Assembly: GCF_001194135.2 (NCBI RefSeq)
Contig: NC_068985.1
Location: forward strand, 126,980,446-127,044,445
DNA from: Octopus bimaculoides
Lineage: Eukaryota
Length of the DNA: 64,000 nucleotides
Direction of reading: 5' to 3'
Shown: one piece after another, positions 48,101-58,415 of the stretch
How the letters are laid out: the number at the start of each line of letters is the position of its first letter
Position numbering within the stretch: the first letter of the stretch is position 1
Notes under the pieces: generated by a model
Database searches by the model: none
What the model was told of the DNA's origin: nothing
Seen by the model: only the letters and a program-made list of their open reading frames with translations
Position numbers and translations under genes: made by a program

Positions 48101-49922
48101 TTTCTGACCAGTAGAAAATGTTATCCAAAATACACACACACACCATTGCATATTTTATTCAAACTTAGTGTGGGAGAACCACATCATGGCCCGACATCTG
48201 TTTTGGCAACGTTTCTAACTAGATACCCTTCCTAACACCAGTCACTTTTACTGAGTGTACTGGGTGCATGTCTAAAGTGATTGGCATTAGGAAGGGCATC
48301 TAGACATAGAAACCATGCCAAAACTGATAAAATAAGATGGGGGTCTCCAGACACATTAGATCCTTCCAGCAGTCCAAACCATACCAACATAAAAATGATA
48401 AAGATGATGAACGTATCTCACTCTAAATTATCCAGTATGTTCTGCTATTTAAAAGATTGTAGGATGTATGTTAAGGGAAATTTGGCTGCTATTTCCAGTA
48501 TGTGAAGCAACCATGTAGATATTCCCTCTAATTCTGGTACCAAAATTTCTCTTGGAGTTACAGGAACAATCGCATAATTATTCTGGAATAACTACTGAAT
48601 AATTGATTAATCAAGCTGTTCTCTAATTCCAGGTCAACCTTGATTGGGTAGATTTGAGACTTAAAGAACTGAAGGCTTAAGCTGAGACAATTTTGTATAT
48701 TGAATGATTTGAGAGAGATGTGGTTACCTTTTCTAGCAAATACAGTGAGTCAACTTTATTGGGGCAATAATTAATTTAGAACAACACAATGCAATATGTC
48801 ATTCTTATTTTAGGAATGTAGAGTATGATTTGAGGAAGATGCAGTTGTTATTCCTTGCAAGTTTTGGAGACTGAAGAGTCTCTTCTGTTTGCTTGTGACT
48901 ATTCAAGTAAATCCAATAAATCCACTTGCTCAGTGCAGTGATAGAAAGTGAATATGATCTCACAAAGTTTTGTTATCAGTTCAGCTGCTCAGTCCCCGAA
49001 ACCACAAAAAACAAGGTCAACTTGTATAGCTTGAGAAAAGATACAGTGGTCATGTGGATAAGGTATTGACCTACGAGCTCCTACTGCATAAGTTCAAATT
49101 TGCTGCAAGCATTTTATCATACATTTTGATAGCACAATGTTACATATCTTGCCTCATTTAGTAGTAAGAAATAATAGGTATAGCTGTTAATCTGGGAATG
49201 TTACTTGTTTTAGACTGAATCTGGAGTAAATTCTTGCTTATGAAATATTTATATTTATTTATTCAGTTCCCCACCCATTTTTTCTTTACACGTGATTTAG
49301 CGAAGGAAGGCCTACAACTATTATTCTTTTGTAAGGGTTCTGAGACTAGTGAGAAGAGAGGAAGTTTTTTTCTCAAACAAGTGGCCTGGTTTAAATGCTT
49401 GTAACAGAGTGGACTCTGCCAAAGGTACTCATTAGTCAGATGGTGGTTAAACCGGGCAGTGGACTAAATTTACCATTCAAAAGCAGAGACAATGCCTTTG
49501 ATGGGCCTCCATATGGTTTCCATCTCCCATGCATTGCTCACAGGGTGTTGGAAAACCTCTAGCTATTGTTCTATAAAGTGGGTGTTGGAAAACCTGTAGC
49601 TATGTTCTATATAGTGGGACTGAATCCAGTATGATGTAGCTGTGAATGAGACTTTTTAACCATACAGCTATACCAGTGCCCATCTATGTTCAAGGTTTCA
49701 GAAAAAAATGAGTTTATATCTTTCTCAAGGGCATGAACAATCTAGGTGGCTACGACCATGAACTGAAATTACACAGTGAATTCAACTCATTTTCCACTTT
49801 ACTGCACAAGCCAATAGACATTTTGGAGTTTAAGCTAACAGAGAAGTCTCTATGTGGTCACGAGCTGCTAAAATAACAAGCAAATTTTCCACAAATCATG
49901 CATTTCCAACTTAAATAAGGAC

Positions 49923-50258
49923 AGGACACACTTATACAGTTCTATATTTAACATAAGGAATTCTGTACATTATTTACATTGCCTATGGGCATGTCGTAGT
50001 GTTTAAGAGTGCGGGCTACTAACCCCAAGATTCCGAGTTTGATTCCAGGCAGTGACCTGAATAATAGTAATAATAATAATAATAATAACAACACCAACAT
50101 CGAAAAATAGCTTAGGAATGAGAACCCAGGTTCGAAATTCCCCCAAGACACCTGAGGAAGGCTGGAAGGTACATCAGCCGAAACGTTGTGTTAACAACAA
50201 ACACGACGAGGACAAATATCCGTCAAATGTAGATAATGTAAATAAGGACACACTTATA
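49923..50258 (+). mobile_element. tRNA-headed SINE-like element with a minimal hammerhead ribozyme, inverted 5' tail copy and 14-bp TSD
   Basis: AGGACACACTTATA occurs at 49923-49936 and 50245-50258. Between them lie an inverted tail (49937-49980), a tRNA-like head from ~49987, an (AAT)n linker and the hammerhead at 50147-50192. Confidence 0.8.
50147..50192 (+). ncRNA. Minimal type-I hammerhead ribozyme motif
   Basis: GACAC (stem I) - CTGAGGA (CUGANGA) - extra A - GGCTG/gaaggtacat/CAGCC (stem II) - GAAA - CG (palindromic stem III within AACGTT) - TT (GUU triplet) - GTGTT (stem I'). Confidence 0.7.
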
Positions 50259-50748
50259 GTTTTAGAATCCATGCATACCATGAATGGAATAATAGATCAG
50301 CTTGATCAGGGTTGAGCTGGTGGCAGGGCTGGGGTTAAACAACAACAACAACAGGTCCTCCTCCTCCTACTACTACCACTACTCTATGGAATTAAGTGAT
50401 TTCAACTTACGTTTCCTTCCCATATCATCAGTGGTATTTCTATCAGCTCCATGTGCTATCAAGTATTTGATAACTTCCAGGTGCCCTTCCTATGTTAAAC
50501 AAACAAACAAACAAATAAGCAAATTGCACCATCAAAGTAAAAAAAATAAACTACACTATCAAAGTCAAAAGAAAAATCCCTTCCTTCAAAAACAGGTAAG
50601 GGTTAACAACAGGAAGGCCATTTGGTTGTAAAACAACACCTTAATAATATGTATTTGTCCAGGTTTGCTTTCAGAACCGTTGAGATGTCTTAGAAAGTTA
50701 AAGAAGCGATATTTTAAATTCTCAAACGCAGGATAATGCTAATAATGC

Positions 50749-50901
50749 CTGAACAGGATAAGCTACCCCTATTTTGCAGAAAAAAGTGTTGGCGGCTAGC
50801 TATGGGACTCGAACTCACCTATCACAGAGGTGTGAGTTCAAGTCTCATAGCTGGCCGCCAACACTTTTTTCTGAAAAATAGGGGTAGCTTATCCTGTTCA
50901 G
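50749..50901. repeat. Near-perfect 153-bp hairpin (70-bp arms, 13-nt loop)
   Basis: The arms at 50749-50818 and 50832-50901 differ at only 4 positions. Confidence 0.9.
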
Positions 50902-51826
50902 TATATATATATATATATATNNNNNNNNNNNNNNNNNNNNNNNNNNNNNNNNNNNNNNNNNNNNNNNNNNNNNNNNNNNNNNNNNNNNNNNNNNNNNNNN
51001 NNNNNNNNNNNNNNNNNNNNNNNNNNNNNNNNNNNNNNNNNNNNNNNNNNNNNNNNNNNNNNNNNNNNNNNNNNNNNNNNNNNNNNNNNNNNNNNNNNNN
51101 NNNNNNNNNNNNNNNNNNNNNNNNNNNNNNNNNNNNNNNNNNNNNNNNNNNNNNNNNNNNNCTATTTTGTGTGTGAGTGTGTGTATGAGAGAGAGAGTAA
51201 ATACTACATACACACCGCTCTCTCACTCTGTCTCACACACATACACACGCACACACACACCCCTTGACTCACTCACACTCTGTCTCTTACAAACACACAC
51301 ATACATAAATGTATACAAACATATTTATAAAGACACACATGTGTATGTGCGCACGTGCGTGTTTGTAAGAGACAGAGTGAGTGAGTCAAGGGCTGTGTTG
51401 TCATATGCATACATCCAAAGATGTATGTATATTTATGCATTTACGTATACATGACAACAAACTTCTCTCTCTCACTCACACTCTGTCTCTTACAAACATA
51501 CACATACATAAATGTATACAAACATATTTACAAAGACGTGTGTATGCACACGCGCGTGCGTGCGTGGGGGGTTCCACAATCACCATTTATTTCAATTACT
51601 CTTGTGAGGATATTCACGTAAATCATTTTTTTCATTTAATCCCCATTTTAATTTTCGTAAAAGTTTCCAAGTACCAATGAGGCTTTTTGGCACATCTTCA
51701 ATTTTCCCCATTCATGAGAGGCGCCCAGCCATCATTCATCTGAGAGTCCATCTACAGAATGTCCTCAAATTTCTATACAGCATATTTTGCCTTTTTTTCT
51801 TCAAGTATATAAGCAACAATTTTATT

Positions 51827-52180
51827 CCCGAGCAACACCGGGTGCCTCTGCTAGTATTATATATATGTGAGTATGTATATATGTATGTATGCCTGTATAT
51901 ATGTGAGATAATAGTTTCGCTTTAATAGTTTCAGTATTAAAGTGAAAATATCTGACATTACAATAGAGAGATGTTATTGTTTCACTTTTGACATGTAATA
52001 CTGTGATATTGCACTGGGCTCGCACTAGGCAAGAAGTTAAAATTATTTTTGGCCTATGACACTATATGGACCCTAAGTAAGGCATGTGTAAAATTTGAAT
52101 GAAATTGGTTGCGTAGTTCTCAAGTTTTAGGGATTCACACAGACACACACACACACATTCTCATCTTTATATATATAGAT
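51827..52180. mobile_element. Helitron-like termini: 3' hairpin+CTAG on + and an A|TC 5' end on -
   Basis: CCCG-agcaacac-CGGG hairpin (51827-51842) followed by CTAG|T at 51851-51855. The minus strand from ~52180 begins A|TCTATATATATAAAG followed by (TG)n. Confidence 0.45.
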
Positions 52181-52189
52181 TGCAAGGAA

Positions 52190-53068
52190 TGAAGCCAGTA
52201 TGCACCGCTGGATGTGTAATATCAGTGTGCATACTTGACAGAGTGTAAGTACCTTGAGAGAAAAGTTGGACCTAAGAAGCATCAGATGTTGTGTGCAAGA
52301 GAGACAACTGCACTGGTATGGTCATGTGGTGAGGATAGCTGTGTGAAAAAGTGCCACACCCTAGCGGTTGAGGGAACCTGTGGAAAAGGTAGATCCAGGA
52401 AGACCTGGGATGAGGTGTTGAAGCACGACCTTCGAACATTAGGCTTCACCGAGGCAATGACTAGTGACCGAGACCTTTGGAAATATGCTGTGCTTGAGAA
52501 TACCCGGCAAACCAAGTGAGACCATAACCCGTGGCCTATGCCAGGGGTGTAATCAGCCCACTTATGCATACCTTTCCTTCATTGGACACTAAACTTTGCT
52601 TGCCCTGTTGAGGCAAGTGAAATCGAAATCAAAATCAAATTCGATAACTGGCATCTATGTTAGTGGAGCGCTAAGAGCACCATCTGAGCGTCATCATTGC
52701 TAGAGCAGCTGACTGGCTTCTGTGCCGGTGGCACGTAAAAAGCACCATTTGAGCGTGATCATCACCTTACTGGCACTTGTGCTGGTGACACATGAAAAAA
52801 TATTCAAGCGAGGTCGTTGCCAGTGCTGCTGGACTGGCTCCTGTGCAGGTGGCATGTAAAAAACATCATTTGAGCATGGCCGTTGCCAGTACCGCCTGAC
52901 TGGCCCTCGTGCCAGTGACACGTAAAAGCACCCACTACACTCTCAGAGTGGTTGGCGTTAGGAAGGCATCCAGCTATAGAAACTCTGCCAGATCAGATTG
53001 GAGGTTAGTGCAGCCATCTGGTTTGCCAGTCCTGAGTCAAATCTTCCAACCCATGCCAGCATGGAAAG
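52190..53068 (+). mobile_element. RTE-type LINE 3' end with UTR repeats
   Basis: CVKKCHTLAVEGTCGKGRSRKTWDEVLKHDLRTLG...DRDLW (RTE GRPRKTW C-terminus) followed by the 3'UTR units and the conserved tail. Confidence 0.85.
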
Positions 53069-53161
53069 CATATGGCGTAGTGGTTAAGTGCGCAGGCTAC
53101 TAGCCCCAAGATTCCGAGTTTGATTCCAAGCAGTGACCTGCACAATAACAATAATAATAAC

Positions 53162-53192
<31 letters not shown>

Positions 53193-53330
53193 TCGAAAAA
53201 TAGCTTAGGAATGAGAACACAGGTTTGAAATTTCCCCAAGATACCTGAAGAAGGCTGGAGGGTATATCAGCCGAAATGTTGTGTTCAAGATGAGGACAAA
53301 TATCTGTCAAATGTAAATAATGTAAATAAA
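53069..53330 (+). mobile_element. Second full copy of the hammerhead-bearing tRNA-headed SINE
   Basis: A-box TGGCGTAGTGG (53073-53083), B-box-like GAGTTTGATTCC (53116-53127), (AAT)n linker and hammerhead GATAC-CTGAAGA-A-GGCTG..CAGCC-GAAA-TG-TT-GTGTT (53240-53285). Confidence 0.8.
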
Positions 53331-53344
53331 GATAACAATTTATC

Positions 53345-53695
53345 TCTAAAAGAAACAGAAACTCTTAAAATATAAAGATCTGGAAAAAGAGGTAACTTAA
53401 ATGTGGAGCCTACAAACAGAAACAATTCCTGTAATAGTAGGTGCATTAAATATGATAAAAAAACATTCAGACAAATACATAACCAAAACACCAGTACTTA
53501 CAAATGTATATAATATACAGAAAATAGCACTACTAGGCACCATGCACATCCTACATAAGGCACTTTCAATGCAGTGAAAATAAAAGCACCGCAACAAACT
53601 ACAGCACATACCCAAAGCACACAGAGCTGCACTCGGTAGTGCAGTGAAAGCATGTGATAAAAATAAGACTACTGAATAATAATTATATTTTTTTC
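53345..53695 (+). mobile_element. R4/Dong-type (RLE) LINE 3' fragment
   Basis: KYKDLEKEV...ETIPVIVGALNMIKK...IQKIALLGTMHILHKAL, then a 3'UTR ending ACTACTGAATAATAAT. Confidence 0.75.
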
Positions 53696-53829
53696 TGATT
53701 TAGGCACCAGGCCAGCAATTTAAAGGGAAGGGATTCATTGATATCATCTACCCCAGTATCTTACTGATGTTTAATTTTAGTGACCCCACAAAAGTATGAA
53801 AGTATTAAACAATGACAAACTTGAGAGTA

Positions 53830-54330
53830 TTGACCGCATTGTTGCCAACTGTTCAGTCCTTGTCCCTACAGAATATAAAACCAGTACAATACTTGCAGTG
53901 GGGCATATGCTGTCACTATGATATTCCACACCCTTAGAACTGGTATGAACATCATCTAGAGCCAGTCACTGAGGAAGAGAATGTTACCATCCTACGGGAT
54001 TATGGGATACTTACAGACAGATAAATAAATGATAACAGACCAGACACTGTCATCAAAGGCCTAAGACAAAGAATATGCCTGTTTATTGATGTGCCTACTG
54101 ATAGAAACATTCTCAGCAAAGGCGCTTGAAAAACTATCAAAATATAAGGACCTTGAGATTAAGATATCTAGGATGCGGCAATTAAAATCCCAAAGCATCC
54201 CTGTTGTTGTAGGTGCCCTGGGAATGATCAAGAAAGGTACTGACAAAGTTTTTGACCAGATCTCTGGGAAAGCAACAATCTATGAGACATAAAGAAATTG
54301 TGTTGACATCTAATATATACACACCTTAGG
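53830..54330 (+). pseudogene. R4/Dong-type LINE restriction-like endonuclease relic
   Basis: WYEHH...NRPDTVIK...ICLFIDV...KLSKYKDLEIKISRM...IPVVVGALGMIKK (PD...D-type RLE motifs), with stops. Confidence 0.75.
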
Positions 54331-54635
54331 TTTCTGGTTGGGATCTGGTCGGAAGATGAAATAAAATGCAAATTAATCAGAAAATAATAATAATACTCCT
54401 TTCTACTATAGGCATAAGGCTAGCAATTTTGGAGAAGGGTTTAAGTCAATTACATCAACCCCAGTGGACAACTGGTACTTATTTTATTGATCCCGAAAGG
54501 ATGAAAGGCAAAGTCAACCTCAGAAGAATTTGAGCTCAGAGCACAATGACAGATGAAATGTCACTAAGCATTTTGCCTAGTGTGCTAATAATTTTGTCTA
54601 CTTTCCACCTTTATAATAATAATAATAATAATAAT

Positions 54636-54848
54636 AATATATAGAAAGATGAGTTCTTAACTTTTGTATACGATTGCCAAATTCCATCACTAAGGTAAAC
54701 CAAAAGTAACTTATTTATTAAGTTACTTTTGAGTTGCGCTTTTTGTCATTGAGTTGGCCGTGGTGATGGATTACGTCAGCTATGTTTACCTTAGTGATGG
54801 AATTTGGCAATCGTATACAAAAGTTAAGAACTCATCTTTCTATATATT
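54636..54848. mobile_element. Young fold-back MITE with 65-bp perfect inverted arms
   Basis: 54636-54700 is the exact reverse complement of 54784-54848; both ends are TATA-rich. Confidence 0.9.
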
Positions 54849-55457
54849 ACATTTCTGCTGAGTTAACAGTCCTCTCTATAAACTAATAATAATAATAATA
54901 ATGATAATAATGATCTTTTCTACTATAGGAACAAAGCCTGACATTTTGGTGGGGGTCGGTGGGTGGATGGCTAGTCAATTACATCAACCCCAGTGCTCAA
55001 CTGCTACTTATTTTATTGGCCCTGAAAGGATGAAAGACAAAGTTGTCATCAGTGGAATTTGTTCAAATTTCACTGTGGATAATTTTGTCTATGTTCCAAG
55101 TTGAAATTCCTCTATAGTCAACTTTGCCTTTCATCCTTTTGGGATTGATAAAATAAGTATCAGTCAAGTACTGAGGTTGATGTAATCAACTTACCCACTC
55201 CCCTGAAATTGCTGGCCTTGTGCCAAAATTTGAAATTATCATTATAAGGCAGTGAGCTGGCAGAGTCGTTAGCACACCAGACAATATGTTTAGCAGCATT
55301 TCTTCCAGCTTTATGTCCTGAGTTCAAATTTCACTGTGGTCAATTCTACCTTTTATTCTTTTAGTGTCTGTCGATAAGTACCAGTTAAGTACTGCAGTCA
55401 ATTTAATCAACTAGCCCACTTCCCTAAAATTCCAGACCTCGTATCTATAGTAGAAAG

Positions 55458-55458
<1 letters not shown>

Positions 55459-55490
<32 letters not shown>

Positions 55491-55522
55491 TATTGTTATT
55501 GTTATTATTATTATTATTATTT

Positions 55523-55573
<51 letters not shown>
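55459..55573. repeat. Compound (CAT)n/(TTA)n microsatellite
   Basis: Directly visible. Confidence 0.95.
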
Positions 55574-55575
<2 letters not shown>

Positions 55576-56057
55576 GGATGAGATTATTCTGTTATAGTAA
55601 TTAGCAGGTTGATGTCTCCAGTACACACACAAGAAGTGTTTACAAACAATTTGTGCAATCAAAACTAAAACCAATTGAAGTCAAACGCATATTTTATATT
55701 GTAGTATATTAAATAGAAGTAATATCAGTGGTAGAATTAGTAAAGTAAAATAATTCTGTGGGTGACATAAGTAGACTGTGAGTTCTGACATTTGGCAATG
55801 AACTTTGTACATGTTCAAGTATTAAGAATGTGGTAGGTCAATGGCCTAAGTGACTAAGAAAGTGGTAAATGGGGAGAGCTGGAGAAGAAAAATAAAATAA
55901 CAAGCAATTGTATGTACAAACATTTTACACATCAAACAGAGTGGGTTTGAGGCAAAGAGCTAACAGGAATAAGAAACAGGAAGTAGTTAATGTTAGTATA
56001 TGGCAGTGCCATATACTAACTACTGACACTGCTCTCTGTGTGCATGTGCATGCACAT

Positions 56058-56090
56058 ATATGTATGTATGTATGTATATATGTATGTATG

Positions 56091-56124
<34 letters not shown>

Positions 56125-56131
56125 TGTATGT
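56058..56131. repeat. (TATG)n microsatellite
   Basis: Directly visible. Confidence 0.95.
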
Positions 56132-56296
56132 ACAGTAGAACTAGAAATAGGAACTTCTTGGCATGATATTTGAAAAAGTGAATAGAAATGGCTTTTATGA
56201 TAATTTTTCCACTTTACACCTAATAACTTATAAACATCTGACTATTAAAGTGGAAAAATTATTAGAAAAACCACTTTTATTCATTTTTTTCGCACA

Positions 56297-56333
<37 letters not shown>

Positions 56334-56554
56334 CATCATCATTATCATAATCATTTAACATCCATTTTCCATGTTGGCATGGGTTGGATGCTTTGACAGG
56401 AGCTGACCAGCTGAAGGGCTGTTCAAGCTCTATGTCTGTTTTGGCATGGTTTCTACGGCTGGATACCCTTCCTAACACCATATGTATATTTCTCAAATCA
56501 TGTGTTGAAACAGATATTATTATATTTGACAAAGTTCAGAGAGCTCCTACTTCT

Positions 56555-58170
56555 GCTGGTGACAAATGGCCTCTCACTCAGAGTAAAAGGCAGACTGTAT
56601 GACGCATGTATACGAACAGCTATGCTACATGGCAGTGAAACATGGGCTGTGGCTGCTGAGGACATGCGTAAACTTGCAAGGAATGAAGCCAGTATGCTCC
56701 ACTGGATGTGCATACTTGACAGAGTGTAAGTGCCCTGAGAGAAAAGCTGAACTTAAGAAGCATCAGATGTGGTGTACAAGATTGATGACTGCACTGGTAT
56801 GGTCATGTGTTGAGAGCGGATGAGGACAGCTGTGTGAAAAAGTGTAACACCCTAGCAGTTGAGGGAACCTGTGGAAGAGGTAGATCCAGGAAGACCTGGG
56901 ATGAGGTAGTGAAGCACGACCTTCACCGAGGCAATGACTAGTGACCGAGACCTTTGGAGATATGCTGTGCTTGAGAAGATCCAGCAAGCTAAGTGAGACC
57001 ATAACCCGTGGCCTATGCAAGTGGTGTATAACCAGCCCACTTATAAGTACCCTTCATTCATTGGACAATAAACTCTGCTTGCGAAACCTGTTGAGACAAG
57101 TGAAATCAAAATCGCTGATGTGGCTGATGACAGTACCGCCTGATTGGCACTTGTGCCAGTGGAACGTTAAAAGCACCATCCAAGCGTGATCGATGCCAGG
57201 GCCGCTGACTGGCTTCCATGCTGATGGCACATAAAAAGCACCATTCAAGTGTGACATGCATAGGCTTGAAAGAAATGAAGGTAGTATGACCCGCTGGATG
57301 TGTAATGTCAGTGTGAATATACGACAGAGTGTAAGCGCCATGAGCAAAAAGTTGGGCACAAGAAGCATCAAATGTGGTGTGCAAGAGAGACAACTGCACT
57401 GGTACGGTCATGTGTTATGTATGGATCAGGACAGCTGTGTGAGGAAATGCCAAGAAATTGAGACCTTTGGAGATATGCTGTGATTGAGAAGACCCGGCAA
57501 CTAAAGTGAGATCACAGCCATGGCCGATGCCAGTGTCGCATGTCCGGCCCATTTAAGAGTACCCCCGATGTGTCAGGTGATATGATATGCTTGAGAAGAC
57601 CTGTTGAGTCAAGTAAAGCCTAAATCGTAGCTGTGGCCAATGCCCCTGATTGGGTCCTGGTCCAGTGGCATGTAAAATGCATCATCCAAACATGGTCGAT
57701 GCCAGTGCCCCCTGACTGGCTCCCATGCCAGTGGCATGTACAAAGCACCATCCGAATGTGGTCGACGCCAGGTCTGCCTAACTGGCTCCCATGCCAGTGG
57801 TACATAAAAAGCACCATCTGAACATGGCTGTCGCCAGCACCCACTGACTGGCTCTTGTGCTGGTGGTATGTAAAAAGCACTATCTGAATGTGATTGATGC
57901 CAGAACCTCCTGACTGGCCCCCGTTCCAGTGGCGTGTAAAAATCACTAACCAAACATGATCGATGCCAGGCTCAACTGACTGGCTCCTGTGCTGGTGGCA
58001 TGTAAAAAGCACCCACTACACTCTCGGAGTGGTTGGTGTTAGGAAGGGCATCCAGCTGTAGAAACATTGCCAGACCAGATTGGAGCCTGGCGCAGCCACT
58101 GGCTCTCCAGACCTCAGTCAAACAGTCTATCCCATGCCAGCATGGAAAATGGATGTTAAACGATGATGAT
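56555..58170 (+). mobile_element. Nested RTE-type LINE 3' fragments ending in a 66-bp repeat array and tail
   Basis: LSLRVKGRLYDACIRTAMLHGSETWAV (56570-56700), a second ORF-end piece at 57256-57500, UTR units, and the tail ...GGATGTTAAACGATGATGAT at ~58170. Confidence 0.85.
57636..58015 (+). repeat. 66-bp tandem array (~6 diverged units) in the RTE 3'UTR
   Basis: The anchor (G/A)ACTGGC recurs at 57714, 57780, 57846, 57912 and 57978, an exact 66-bp period. Confidence 0.9.
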
Positions 58171-58415
58171 ATTCTCATTTTAAAAATGATTTCTGATTAA
58201 TCTTTGAGAAGACGCTGGTGTTGCATTGGCGGAGGTTTGCACTCTCTGAGCACTCTTATTATTATTATTATTATTATTATTAGTTATTATTTATTTATCA
58301 GAGCTCTTTCATTGACATTCTGCAAACTCTTCAAAGACCATTTGTTCTTCTACGTGTCTCCGCTTCTCTTACCCCATCCTTCAAAACCACTGGCTTTGTG
58401 CCAAAATTTGAAACC

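Noticed and set aside
22578-50192. Functional link between NOL9 (5'-OH RNA kinase) and nearby hammerheads (which generate 5'-OH ends)
   Set aside because: The hammerhead SINE is a dispersed repeat, so proximity to NOL9 is expected by chance; nothing in the sequence supports coupling.
57636-58015. CRISPR-like regularly spaced repeats
   Set aside because: The units are diverged 66-bp tandem copies whose variable parts are homologous to each other. They lie in a eukaryotic LINE 3'UTR with no cas genes.
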